Positions 58,601-64,000 of a stretch of DNA of 64,000 nt are shown in pieces. The position numbers and the translations under genes were made by a program. The DNA comes from Candidatus Omnitrophota bacterium (lineage in GTDB: Bacteria; Omnitrophota; Gorgyraeia; Duberdicusellales; 4484-171). Each line of letters starts with the position of its first letter. Within the stretch, counting starts at the first letter, position 1. The notes below the pieces were generated by a model, which saw nothing but the letters and a program-made list of their open reading frames with translations, did not search any database and was not told the origin of the DNA. Where the stretch lies: the NCBI GenBank assembly GCA_024231025.1, contig JAAEQW010000341.1, forward strand, positions 54,155 to 118,154, read 5' to 3'.

Positions 58601-61600
58601 GAAGTGTCGCGTTATTTTTAGTGTAAGTCTTGGTATTAGAATTAACTACTGCAATTGATGCCGCACCCTGCACACCAACTTGACCACCACCAATACCAAC
58701 GACTAATGAATCAAGATTTTCTGAAGATTGACTGCGTAAATTAATATCTTTGAGCGCTTTAACAATTGAATTTTCACCAATAAAGCTTTCGGTATTCTTA
58801 ACGACTACGGTTGTTGTTGCCGCGCCACCAACTCCAGCGGTCTTCCCAATTGAAATTTGCCCAATGAAATCATTGGCATCGGTGTAATCATAAGCACCAA
58901 CTGCAACTGATTGATTTGCTCCGGCGCCAGTTAAGTCTTCATTAATTCGCGCATTATCACCAATGTACCCTTTGGTTGTATTTACAATAACATTGGCAGC
59001 TAATGCTCCAGCTACTGCAGCATTACCGCTAGCAGCACCAGCAGCTATAAAGTTTTCAATATCTTCAGTAGAAAATGCCTGAACTGACAAACCTCTTTGA
59101 CCTTCGGTGTACTTTTCTTGTAAATGAAGTTTGCCTAAATCTAAACTTATATCTGTACCATCAGGAAGCGCAAGTTTATCAGCACTTAGAAGATAGTCTT
59201 CCATTTCACCGGTCCAGATAGCACGCTCATCACCTAACCCGCGAGCTGTAACTTGTGCTCCGTTACCTATATATGCCTTAGTGTTTTTGACAATAGTATT
59301 AATTGCCATTGAACCACCAACACCCGCTTCTTTACCAAAAGCTCCGGCACCGGCAATGATGTTAAGATCAGTTTCACTTAACGCATTAACATCAATATTA
59401 CCATCAGCAAAAACTTGCGCATTATCGTCAATAAATGCATGGGTAATATCAGTATTAACCTTAATTGAACCAGCCCCCGCAACTCCTGCAGATTTACCAG
59501 CAGCAGCACCGACGACAACACTAACACCCTCTTCCTTAGTATGAGCGCGCACCTTTACATCCCCTGCCTTATTATTTGAATCAGCGGTAGATTTTACCTG
59601 AGCGCCCTTACCAATAATCGCGCGTACAATCTTTGTAAATACGCCAACATCAGCTGCGGCACCAACTCCCGCGCCATCTTTACTGGCAGCTGCTCCACCA
59701 CTTACAGCAACGACGATCGTGTCATCATCAGCTTCGACGTTAACTGACTGACCATCACCTTGATAAAGAAGATCCTGATTTATCAAAGCATTGCCACCGA
59801 TTTTAGCTTCAGTAACCGTAGTAATCACATTTGTATTTAGCGATCCTGCAACACCAGCTTTTCCGCCGTAAGCGCCTCCGGCAGCAATAGATACTATTAG
59901 CTCATCACCTTGGGCATTTACATTAATTGCTTTTTTAGCATTAACCTGGGCTGATTCACCAATGGCGGCTGTTGTAATATTTGAGATAACATTAGCATTT
60001 ATTGATCCGCCAACGCCGGCTTTTCCACCAACTGATCCAGCAAACGCAACATTCACTAAATCTGTATCAGCCTGTGCTTTTAAATCTACGTCGTCTCCCG
60101 CCTTCACCTTCGCATTATCACCAATTTTTGCTTCAGTTATTGCAGTTGAAACCAATATGTCTAATACGCCGGTAACTGATGTACCCTCTTGACTTCCACC
60201 GCCTGATCCACCACCTGAGCCGCCGCCTGATCCACCAGTCGAACCACCGCCAGTTGATCCACTTTCACCTTCTGAACCACCCTTGAGCGATCCCCATGAA
60301 AGACCAGCAGCAAGACCAATACTTGTCAGTAATTTTTTACTCAACGCATCAATATCAACATTATCATCAACCGTAACTTTAGCCCGATCATCTATGCGCG
60401 CCGATATTATATCGGTATTCACAATATCAGCGGTAGATACACCAACACTTACCTTATTAGATACTGCAGCCGCAGCTGCAAATGTTGCGGCATCTGTATC
60501 AGCGCTGGAAGAAACCTTAAGTTCTTTAGCGTTAACCGTTGCATCTTCACCAACGAAACTTTCAAAAATATTCTCAAAGACATTAATCGCAAACGAACCG
60601 CTGATTGCGGTTTCGGCCTGACTCTTTGATGCTGCTGCCGTACCTGATACAGCTTCAGTATAATAGTTGTGTGACCTTAAATAGTTAAGCGGATTAAGCG
60701 CCTCTAGCCACTCAGCGAATGTTGTTTTTGTGTTTGACGCTCCTGGATCAGCTTGAGCTGTTGCTTGAGGTGTAAGTCCTGGATCTTCACCCATTACAAT
60801 CTTCTTAGCAGATTCCAGAAAATCAAAATCTTTCCAGATAATCGTGCCATAGATAAGTGGATCAACCCTTAAGCTCTTCGATGCAATACTAACTACCCCC
60901 GCAACATCAATGAAGGAAAAATTTCCTGCATAAGCTCTAATCCGATTAAGCGCGTGCAGTATCGCAAAAGCAGCACCTACCCCAACCTTTGCTTCATCAC
61001 CGGAGACTGATGTTGTTGCCCATGCTTTAGATGAGATTTTACTCATATCTTGAGCGTTTATCGTAACGTTATTAGCATTTGTTATCCTGCCGTAATCTCC
61101 AACTCCAGCTTCAGTCTTATTAATTGCGTTAGTAACTGCGAGCGATCCTGCGATACCGATTTTATTAGATTTAGCTGCAGCTATACCTTCGGAAGTAAGA
61201 GTTGATATAAAGTCATCATGCAGGTTATGGGTTGAAGTTGCGTTCAATTCAACATCTGCTCCACCAGCATCAATCGATGAACCAGTTGCAACAAGGCGCG
61301 TCTTACCATTGACTTCTTCATAGTCGCCCATTATTGCAAGGGTGTCATTGGTCATATTAGTAATTGCAACGCCAACACCAATCGCTGTTCCTCCGGCTTC
61401 CTTTTTTTCTTCCGGGGTTGGTTTGCCATTTATAGTTTGTTCAAGTTTCTGATCAATCTGGGCCCAGATAACTTTGTGCGGCCCGACAATTGCTGATCCT
61501 GAACCAAGAGTCTTTGCGTTATTGTTAGCGGTAGCTTTAACACTTACTGGACCGCCGCTTACAACTTCTACATCTTTACCAATTTGAGCAATTGTATCAT

Positions 61601-63908
61601 TGTCGATCACATTAACACCAATTGCTCCAGCAAACGCAATGCTCCCCTTTCCTGACTTACCAGTATTACCTTTTTGATCAGCTAAAACTGATGTACTCTT
61701 TGCTTTAGATGTATCACCTTCACCGCTAATTACTTCGTCTTCAGTTTGACCAGACTTTTCAGCATACTTATCAGCGCTGGCACCACGCGCAGTTGCAACT
61801 GCCATGATTGTATTTTTAGATAGAGATTTGGCTTTTACATCCAGCTTTCCATCAGTTTTTAGATCACGTAATAATGCAGCCTTTGTAGTTGACACATCTA
61901 CACCAACCGCAACAACCGCTCCTGCAGCAACCTTACCGCCTGCAGCCCTACCACCAACTGATGTATTATTTGTAATCTCACTATCTGCGGTAATTGACAC
62001 ATTACCACGGGAAACCAGCTGACGGTCTAACTGTGTAGTGTAAGTTGCGTCAGGTTTTTCAACGATCGCTTCAGTATTATTTACTGCAACTAATACTGCA
62101 ACCGCGGCATCAAGTGCCGCATCGGTATCAGTACCTTTAGCTGCTGCGGCACCCGCCGTTGCAGCTGTAGTTGAGAAATAAAGTGAATCTGCGTCAACAT
62201 TAATGTTATCTGAATTTAAAATTTTTGCGTCTTTTGTAATCACAGCTTTAGCGGTATTAATTGTTGTATTGACTGCAACTGATGCACCAATACCAATCTT
62301 AAAGTTACTTGAATCACTCTGAGCTTCAGCTGCATCTTTATCGGCAACGCTAGTTTCATTAGTAAGTGACGGATTACTCTCATCAGTTGTGGGAGCCGGT
62401 GTTTCGGCAACTTTAAGTTTATCAATCTTAGTTATTGCTGAAGCTGTAGCATTACTGACAACATTGTTGCTAGCTTTGGCTCCTACATCACCGGTAGCAC
62501 TTACTTTTCCTGCCATAATTGCCTGATTATCACTCATCGCAACATTAACTGCTAATCCTCCAGCAATACCTATCTTTAATGCGCTTGCACCAGCAATTGC
62601 GCTGGCTGAGAAATCATTACTATTGTCTAAAACAGTGAGTGGAGCCCCTAAAAGATCGGTGGTTTCCTTTATATATTCTTTCATGCCCGCATCAACTAAA
62701 ACATCTCCACCGGCATTAATTACTGACTTACCAATCTCGGCTTTATTACTATTAATTACAGTATTTACCGCAACACCAACACCGATTCCGGTACCAGCTT
62801 GAACTGCGCTTCCATCACCACGAGCCTTTCCATCCTGGTTAGCACGAGTCTGCACTGTAACATCACCTGCTATGGCATCAACCACAAGACCGTCATTAAT
62901 CTTTGCAAGATTATCTGATAAGCTTACATTAACACCGGCACCAGCAGCAACACTTACCTGACCTTCATGAGTCTTTGCCTCTTCCGGCTTAACTGTTTTT
63001 TGTGCTGTTTTAGTAGTCTTGCCCTTACCAAAGGTTGACCACTTATCAACTAATCCATTGAAATCCTTAACCTTTCCGCCTTGTTTTTGATTGATTGGTC
63101 GCGTACCAGCGGCAGTTGCAACAGATGAAGCTTGTGCATCAGTCTGGCTATCAGATCTAACAAATACATCTCCTCCGCTAGTATTAACACTGCGGGCTAA
63201 AGTTGCCTTAGATGAATCAAGGGCAACGTTGACACCCATTGAAACACCAACCGCAGCTCCGGAACCCTTAGCATCACTACTAGCATCACTGATTGTTTGA
63301 GATGTATGATCAGATACAACTTTCACATCACCATCCATCGCCGATGTAGTTACCGCTCCGGTTCCTAAATAACTTTCAGTTTCATTTAAATATACTCCAA
63401 CTGCAATCGCAGCATCAATCGCAACACCAACATCTTGCTCGCCCGAGCCAGTTCCAGTACCGGTTCCAGTTCCACTACCTGTTCCACTGGTATTTGGATC
63501 TGGTTCTGGAGGCGGCGTTTGCCCGGTATCTCCTGAAGCTAGAGTTGATCCCGGTTTTTTGATTGGTTGCGGCTCATTAGTTCCAGCAAATGCTTTGACT
63601 TTTGAAATATGACGACTACTTGCTTTTAAATCGAATCCGCCTGCCTTTTCTATAACTACACCATCTTCAATGTGTGCTTTGTTAGTATTAACTCCTACAC
63701 CAACCGCAACCCCCGCACCAACACCAACGTGAAAATTTTTCTTAGGAGTCGTTGGAGCATTAGGGTCAGCTGGATCCTGTGCTGGCGGATTTTCTTCTTC
63801 CTGTTTATCTTCTTCTTCTTGTTGCTGCTGCTCTTCGCTTTGATCTAATGCATTAGCATCATCTACATTGTTCGCTTTTTTATTTGCTTTTTTCGCATCT
63901 TTAGCCAC
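43665..63908 (-). CDS. giant (6747 aa) repeat-rich, probably beta-helical surface/adhesin-like protein
   Basis: Uninterrupted 20,244-nt ORF. There are hundreds of degenerate repeats of the form (A)GVGGSxAxNxIxNxTxAxIGxxAxVxA. Low-complexity GSG/GTG/GGS runs are present. C-terminal third has a coiled-coil segment (QTISGLQTELAGL...) and a Pro-rich tail; N-terminus K/E/Q-rich with no obvious signal peptide. Confidence 0.85.
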   Translation of the reverse strand: MAKDAKKANKKANNVDDANALDQSEEQQQQEEEDKQEEENPPAQDPADPNAPTTPKKNFHVGVGAGVAVGVGVNTNKAHIEDGVVIEKAGGFDLKASSRHISKVKAFAGTNEPQPIKKPGSTLASGDTGQTPPPEPDPNTSGTGSGTGTGTGTGSGEQDVGVAIDAAIAVGVYLNETESYLGTGAVTTSAMDGDVKVVSDHTSQTISDASSDAKGSGAAVGVSMGVNVALDSSKATLARSVNTSGGDVFVRSDSQTDAQASSVATAAGTRPINQKQGGKVKDFNGLVDKWSTFGKGKTTKTAQKTVKPEEAKTHEGQVSVAAGAGVNVSLSDNLAKINDGLVVDAIAGDVTVQTRANQDGKARGDGSAVQAGTGIGVGVAVNTVINSNKAEIGKSVINAGGDVLVDAGMKEYIKETTDLLGAPLTVLDNSNDFSASAIAGASALKIGIAGGLAVNVAMSDNQAIMAGKVSATGDVGAKASNNVVSNATASAITKIDKLKVAETPAPTTDESNPSLTNETSVADKDAAEAQSDSSNFKIGIGASVAVNTTINTAKAVITKDAKILNSDNINVDADSLYFSTTAATAGAAAAKGTDTDAALDAAVAVLVAVNNTEAIVEKPDATYTTQLDRQLVSRGNVSITADSEITNNTSVGGRAAGGKVAAGAVVAVGVDVSTTKAALLRDLKTDGKLDVKAKSLSKNTIMAVATARGASADKYAEKSGQTEDEVISGEGDTSKAKSTSVLADQKGNTGKSGKGSIAFAGAIGVNVIDNDTIAQIGKDVEVVSGGPVSVKATANNNAKTLGSGSAIVGPHKVIWAQIDQKLEQTINGKPTPEEKKEAGGTAIGVGVAITNMTNDTLAIMGDYEEVNGKTRLVATGSSIDAGGADVELNATSTHNLHDDFISTLTSEGIAAAKSNKIGIAGSLAVTNAINKTEAGVGDYGRITNANNVTINAQDMSKISSKAWATTSVSGDEAKVGVGAAFAILHALNRIRAYAGNFSFIDVAGVVSIASKSLRVDPLIYGTIIWKDFDFLESAKKIVMGEDPGLTPQATAQADPGASNTKTTFAEWLEALNPLNYLRSHNYYTEAVSGTAAASKSQAETAISGSFAINVFENIFESFVGEDATVNAKELKVSSSADTDAATFAAAAAVSNKVSVGVSTADIVNTDIISARIDDRAKVTVDDNVDIDALSKKLLTSIGLAAGLSWGSLKGGSEGESGSTGGGSTGGSGGGSGGGSGGGSQEGTSVTGVLDILVSTAITEAKIGDNAKVKAGDDVDLKAQADTDLVNVAFAGSVGGKAGVGGSINANVISNITTAAIGESAQVNAKKAINVNAQGDELIVSIAAGGAYGGKAGVAGSLNTNVITTVTEAKIGGNALINQDLLYQGDGQSVNVEADDDTIVVAVSGGAAASKDGAGVGAAADVGVFTKIVRAIIGKGAQVKSTADSNNKAGDVKVRAHTKEEGVSVVVGAAAGKSAGVAGAGSIKVNTDITHAFIDDNAQVFADGNIDVNALSETDLNIIAGAGAFGKEAGVGGSMAINTIVKNTKAYIGNGAQVTARGLGDERAIWTGEMEDYLLSADKLALPDGTDISLDLGKLHLQEKYTEGQRGLSVQAFSTEDIENFIAAGAASGNAAVAGALAANVIVNTTKGYIGDNARINEDLTGAGANQSVAVGAYDYTDANDFIGQISIGKTAGVGGAATTTVVVKNTESFIGENSIVKALKDINLRSQSSENLDSLVVGIGGGQVGVQGAASIAVVNSNTKTYTKNNATLLADSGDLTLDAVNESEILTLDAVIAGGQTAAVGGAASVAVMVNETRAQIGTNNTTDAKGETRVKAQSQEDIDQFAAGVSVGGNAAVAGSLGVKVIKADTIARIDSGTKVNQSAGFRESDNITGQDIKIQAIDKVNTLSAMGSVAASSTAAIGGAADITIILNKTSANTGSGVLADAGGDVDIYGESDNAVHSLGIAGGGAGTAAVGGAVAVVAIGQAMDNADANDALASKDEDGNKTNTPNSQLDSDSAKSKTDGQLGEEGNRTFIDTEGIEHTVSDFVDENSQITVSEFFQTSSGAGSPDTLGNTSAFIGGGNTFNVGGDLSVEAHDKTFATVVSGSLQGAGAAAVGGAMALNIINRDTRAVIGPDSEVNVKGDAQVIATSDQDHVIATVAAGGAGTAGVMGSLALNVIILNTLAEVGERTEINKESDRGDSLVVDADNDLMIASVGGAASAGGAAGVGGTAVINAVVDSTYANISKDAKVYTNDDVIIGAHDNQIITSGGLSLQGAGAAAVGGVLVLNTMVNNTHAYIKEGATVDSEGNVALEAEDDTFMTNVAGSGRISATASVGGTLDINTIVKNTSAEIADNSIVNARGHAAGYLANVGTLTGANDAGYKPGDDEWSGKFGESSKDDPGNAWDSIAESFNASELTPLRNRKDKTTIKGLSITALSNETVINGIVGISGSGVAGVGGSGALTTVVNNTNALVGNNVAINSNNSAAAANQSVMLMAADHTRIYGANGSIAIGIAGAGVGVGITPVVLVKNTHARIGRDLKSGVPVHSTVNAKEDIIIKAQSSERMNSLVGNIAGGLYAGVGGAIGVNVGVADTSAGVAGRANLMAGRDIMVAAYDEMDVLLLTASFCASVFAGVSGSIGVNTIANTTRAYIGDYAQTDAAGTTHVSAISEAGITSSSIGAGLAGAAGVSGSINVNVLKSTTQAEIGNNTKINQNIAGTDVKVTASDTATIASIVGSVGGALAVGAGAALNVNVIRNSVTAKIGSNSFVDATGDILVDAASNKQLESYVGTAGIGAGAGLAGAVSVAVVGGPLNADAKGSLNDNIATTDEWSQYDVSEEQKGVGNEYQASTDMTNQNTAQQDRYKITDDINAQNSDAPVQAFIGVGAKVKAGNDLTVQARDNTKSQLFVGSLAGGMGGGFGASVGVNVVTNKVEAFIDDGAIVDVDGVLSVNAIEDEELVTGAGCLAVAGPGAANSGAIAVVVDTSQTLAHIDDADINQNTTTGKSNQSVIVSADSDSKIDTKIGAGAVAVGGGVGISSSTNVVAKKTLAYIASGANIGALHTIGVLANSYEDFNTFAVCLAAGLGGGLGGVISVNVLDNETDAGIGDADIESEGNVVVVASDEVDLNAVSGGASVGLGVGVGGTLNVNTIVNKTHAHIDDNAQVNALGRAGTYIPGTVKGLNVVAHSSQNIDVDTIGIGGAALAGVNASIQTTVVATETKATVGNSVTINSAGKDGVGDQNVKIKANDATVVDGNTESITGGFVSGGAAIDTVVIAKSVEASIGESIINANNNVDVESVSSSIIKSIAVGVAAGGFSVSGTIVIIDVIKDTIAAIGKAVIDAGGIGVRASDTTSVNSTAGSAGVGLAVGAAGTVNVTKVTGTTQASIADEAETDALGTTEVKAVSVANITKFIVSGALGGAAGVAGAVSVNLIKSITQAFIGTNAKINQKSSASNQHVNVQASDSANIGSSAGGVGGGLAAGAGVATDVNIIRSSAVASVGDEVKLHAGGNLTVNAASTKIVDSYTIAGGAGLAVGVGGAISVITIGGALDADTQEGIGDGKTASYADKDTSRDNNAMMDSSDSRHQKAKGIIEDKTSNVGVAGDMNNTSAAVLSATSASIGDQTTITTGGKVEVKAQDTVNAKTLTGAVAVGLGAGVGAGISVIGINQSTGASVGEYSTVDAIGNVDVIADTDETVNAKAFAGGGGFIGAGAAVAVVNDSAKTLATVGQYTNIKNANTINVHAFTDRSVVVESVGCAVGAIGVGASVAKVNIDGQTQASVENNSRIGRDVGKAVNGLNIRADATETATVKTTAGAAGIISGSGSDSEALISSTVSAYIGNNANILTANDIVVLATTDPRAYVSSGALAISILGSVGISLAEARISSIVTAYTGANSFINAANLSVTAEQKLQSGQSYAAYATTKAASGGLLLGGVGTESLADNTARVSSQIGGSTNIGVSGKTKVAANSTTSQKAYVSGKNGGIIAVGVNKTRANSNNTIKATVADTVTFIGGDLEVVAIGSDLNYAQAQSGSGGVINVGLKAADSATQTIANTEAKVGSNVIGNTMKQVKVNASHSTNFNSKADSVSAAVLNLSGAWANNYVSSDVNATLGADANITSLDFKMDASNYMFKNNIGYNINSGAGGFVGGAAAQSGSTVFGDTNITIGDNSIIRVLGDPSNPGTIRLSAFNYSDMYDKVKLDCGGAVAIAKAVSIINNPKNNSTISIGSGSSLESIGDVDISLRTKAAISTNVNVKTYGAAGAAQGASVSTTIVRNAISIGAGTLILSKGDINLMTGQNYNGAVNDFDVFANTDLWNKTAFPVETKPDADARVDQAASINIGSGADLRSVGHIRLFTERGSTSVKGYGVGKDLYREVLAAIGSFFSNLVGGGDVSLDIKAGSSTDISKTSINIDGKVEVGIENVKKLYINNDGTVDETNTSDGISVTLNSENLPNDIQGRIDTLDALINAIKDQVDSGTPSNYANGDVANQISGLETEKTNKESQRDDETTKKTNLTNDNTTKNNTITANKNTINTNKTTISTNDQTISGLQTELAGLDPKDDKARIKEINDEIVDLQDENKTLTDQNKDFTDDNVLLQSDIDENTTLIGVYATSISNINTRIIELNAEIIDLESQLIPDTNDTDDLRGLLAKYRAEKSMLEAQLSDLGGSANIGVMKVDQEITAKSSNIYIKTNSLTSSLAGQLIAPGDTLIEIKNESMNCLRTNKMTIPDEQGGDIFYNNAKVKTNNDINKRNMGGVANFGYIETSSDSTPLISVLNTRAAPYGMRAPDIFVDGDIRNLNGEININSRYGSVQVKQGVDIIADIIRIKAGRNVFIGYSDGFKNIAGDIKTHWDAIINSAYNGGYDVTHWGLPATLINTDFASEPSVIAGNMVFIAGEYLNINGIIQSGVQDKMLHITPAAIAAAQNFLSTWTPGTNALYEVPLATYKKAGTEDMANIPLFFDAQNQCFELGVGEIMGGYMELFGNIMNTAVGELKIMDGYGRINITNPSNYGIRLRSLNTGNGIEGTVKITDLAKKSISGDPLITLIKRINGNIIEFTNNNATGILDLDNGIITAWGSKATQYNPRANQYYSWTLRDRATWTEWQTRYRHRVFGINAGTDYHWGGVTATTRQPTTPIGADTLRVAPGHNETFWYDRSYYLTKTPWYWNSGWHMDVMAVLYIKDHENYKRYATETILHNFNIKASNPININFMGYTSGLINVTSNAGVIVDGPIKNSSGAINITTGANITQGLDEYAGITADAVNLNAQTGIGVIEDLEHGIIEAPVNISFVNNGQLQALSASGDIRVHAPSGDLRYSSITTTGDVLVSADTDIVGSGAGHLIKGNKVGIVSSHGDVGSALNVARVDSASSENGGLHATSAGDMYIQEISGDLYLIKAESLGGNVAIDAPAAIIDNNSVETVDERTKAALLNLWEEMELRDDDDSTKARDSAQRTVDAYERLRERQYTTYWRYRNAQDDPSVYKASFRVELTDAEVTHYTDMSWTQVQMTDLEDKRTAEYHALHLTYGSQGDIYDAGWTYDIAEGSDDWNRLTDGYSWTKDQLENSLGVGILKETSDTEVRIEDPNVIGTDVGLLANGMIGKDLDAVTITIAELRQKPWSELDESVPEEKAILDKILILMAAERKDILSQSSESITIQLRDDVDIEARGVVSASSNNNNIYLGSEGSLKLGMIDAGTADTRIKVAKGISQALSGVSLISGDTILEAADNSVGTGLGDELLIDLSGELTARAGDSIFIKENTGDILVDSLYAVKHISLDSSNSIFDALQTGGLDVRAESLYLKAPGDVGGSGAGQFLDVGLDATGLLSGDVGGDIFVASPQHNLHTGSLIAGGNINLQSNLDIVVHSLGGGIYTLLGDVSLDAYASILDGDADEAAGITGQYLSFVTVQANDSQKGTVGLKDNFLEIDTLSLGEVHTAAENGVYLLETAGNLKVDDIKVTEDGDAEVFAPDGDAYINNIFVTNGQAIIDALGSIFDNSAGSGANAVAGVVNLNAQNGVIGTFDDFFDVGCLVNANAPGDIHINEAIDNMDIGYIESTGGDVYLSSVGSIFDHANDATVDIRARDLFFTSVVASIGSISNPLEIELWGSHGLSVNSSENVYITSLNDLLVDHIFASDDVVLSAFGSIVDSLNSDVSNINAFNISLIASDNVGAEGNYLDVDTLGGLLSAQVSQNAYIREVDGDMNVDTITSLNGNVNLIGENADVNVGLINSTQGTTTITAYNSINDLLNSDSSNINAININLTATNGQIGSSDNYFDFDSSNATKGLINAYSYGDMFLNETIGEMNVGNLRTITGNINLLVTDGDFNAGVVTADQGDVSVKTLAGNINLGTINTLLGTTNLDASWSIFDADNTQTSNINSNHVNLIANTGQIGQTANYLDLNTTGVVDAQAYLGINLNEVNGDMIINQIRSEIGDVNMIIDGSLINGNPLGINLIGNVINLSAINGGVGSQNNRIIAGSYKFNIRAFGDIWVEEVFDDFIADFVISYGGIVAVLAASGNMRINDLWAAKGARLQLRNYSPALLVKGVNADFSWQDIDSASRKLFDDNQIEKAAAAKDYLDDELIASREVAALAEIKSANQIILPPLEKELEKERKAKPSKPSLIDMLRDKLTPPAVVPEVEIIPIIPPMPPVNLDVKPEIMIDIPLIQTPVPAALEVVPDVVMDAPATLPTVPAVQLPPLSQTMPQIGAPVAPPSIFFYHPLSGDGKSGTIDEDVYDSIKKDSEK

Positions 63909-64000
63909 TTTTAATGTAACTTTAGCACCAGCATGTGTTTTGTGTGTTGAGTTATTCTCTGAATGAACCTTAATTGCATCTTCACTCTCAACACTTTGCG

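Noticed and set aside
46576-63300. Dozens of plus-strand ORFs of 60-200 aa inside the giant minus-strand gene
   Set aside because: They are Ala/Pro/Thr/Ser-rich antisense translations of the repetitive giant ORF, with no start context; artefacts of the opposite strand

Overview
This is a low-GC (~35%) bacterial chromosomal window in three parts. (1) Positions 1..~20.8 kb are an accessory region that looks like two tandem integrated islands sitting at a tRNA-Asn(GUU) gene (20812..21232, minus strand). That tRNA is itself split by a 345-nt group I intron. Island B (8591..20828) is bounded by a 17-nt duplication of the tRNA 3' end and carries two serine recombinases. It also carries a SIR2_2 / TGT-like / PD-(D/E)xK operon, a stand-alone family-A polymerase domain and a small HUH Rep-like protein. 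Island A (1..8489, bounded by an exact 37-bp direct repeat) carries a five-gene operon: small protein, multi-HTH RpoA-CTD-like protein, MORC-like GHKL ATPase, unknown protein and Dam-family MTase. It also has a ~1 kb GC-rich ORF-free segment that looks like a structured RNA. (2) Positions 21..43 kb are mostly ordinary: a HEPN/MNT toxin-antitoxin pair, recR, dnaX, an M48 protease, lemA, a CaCA antiporter, trkA/trkH, an MFS/GPH symporter, nitroreductase, macro domain, response regulators, and an HprK-like plus pyruvyl-transferase pair. Embedded here is a decayed RAYT (TnpA_REP) cluster with GC palindromes inside the coding sequence. (3) Positions 43.7..63.9 kb are one giant 6747-aa repeat-rich, probably beta-helical, adhesin-like ORF followed by a lipoprotein gene. 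No CRISPR array and no rRNA genes were seen. The most interesting candidates for an undescribed system are the SIR2/TGT-like/nuclease operon and the MORC-GHKL/Dam/RpoA-CTD-like operon. All domain calls rest on motif recognition by eye and need HMM or structure confirmation.
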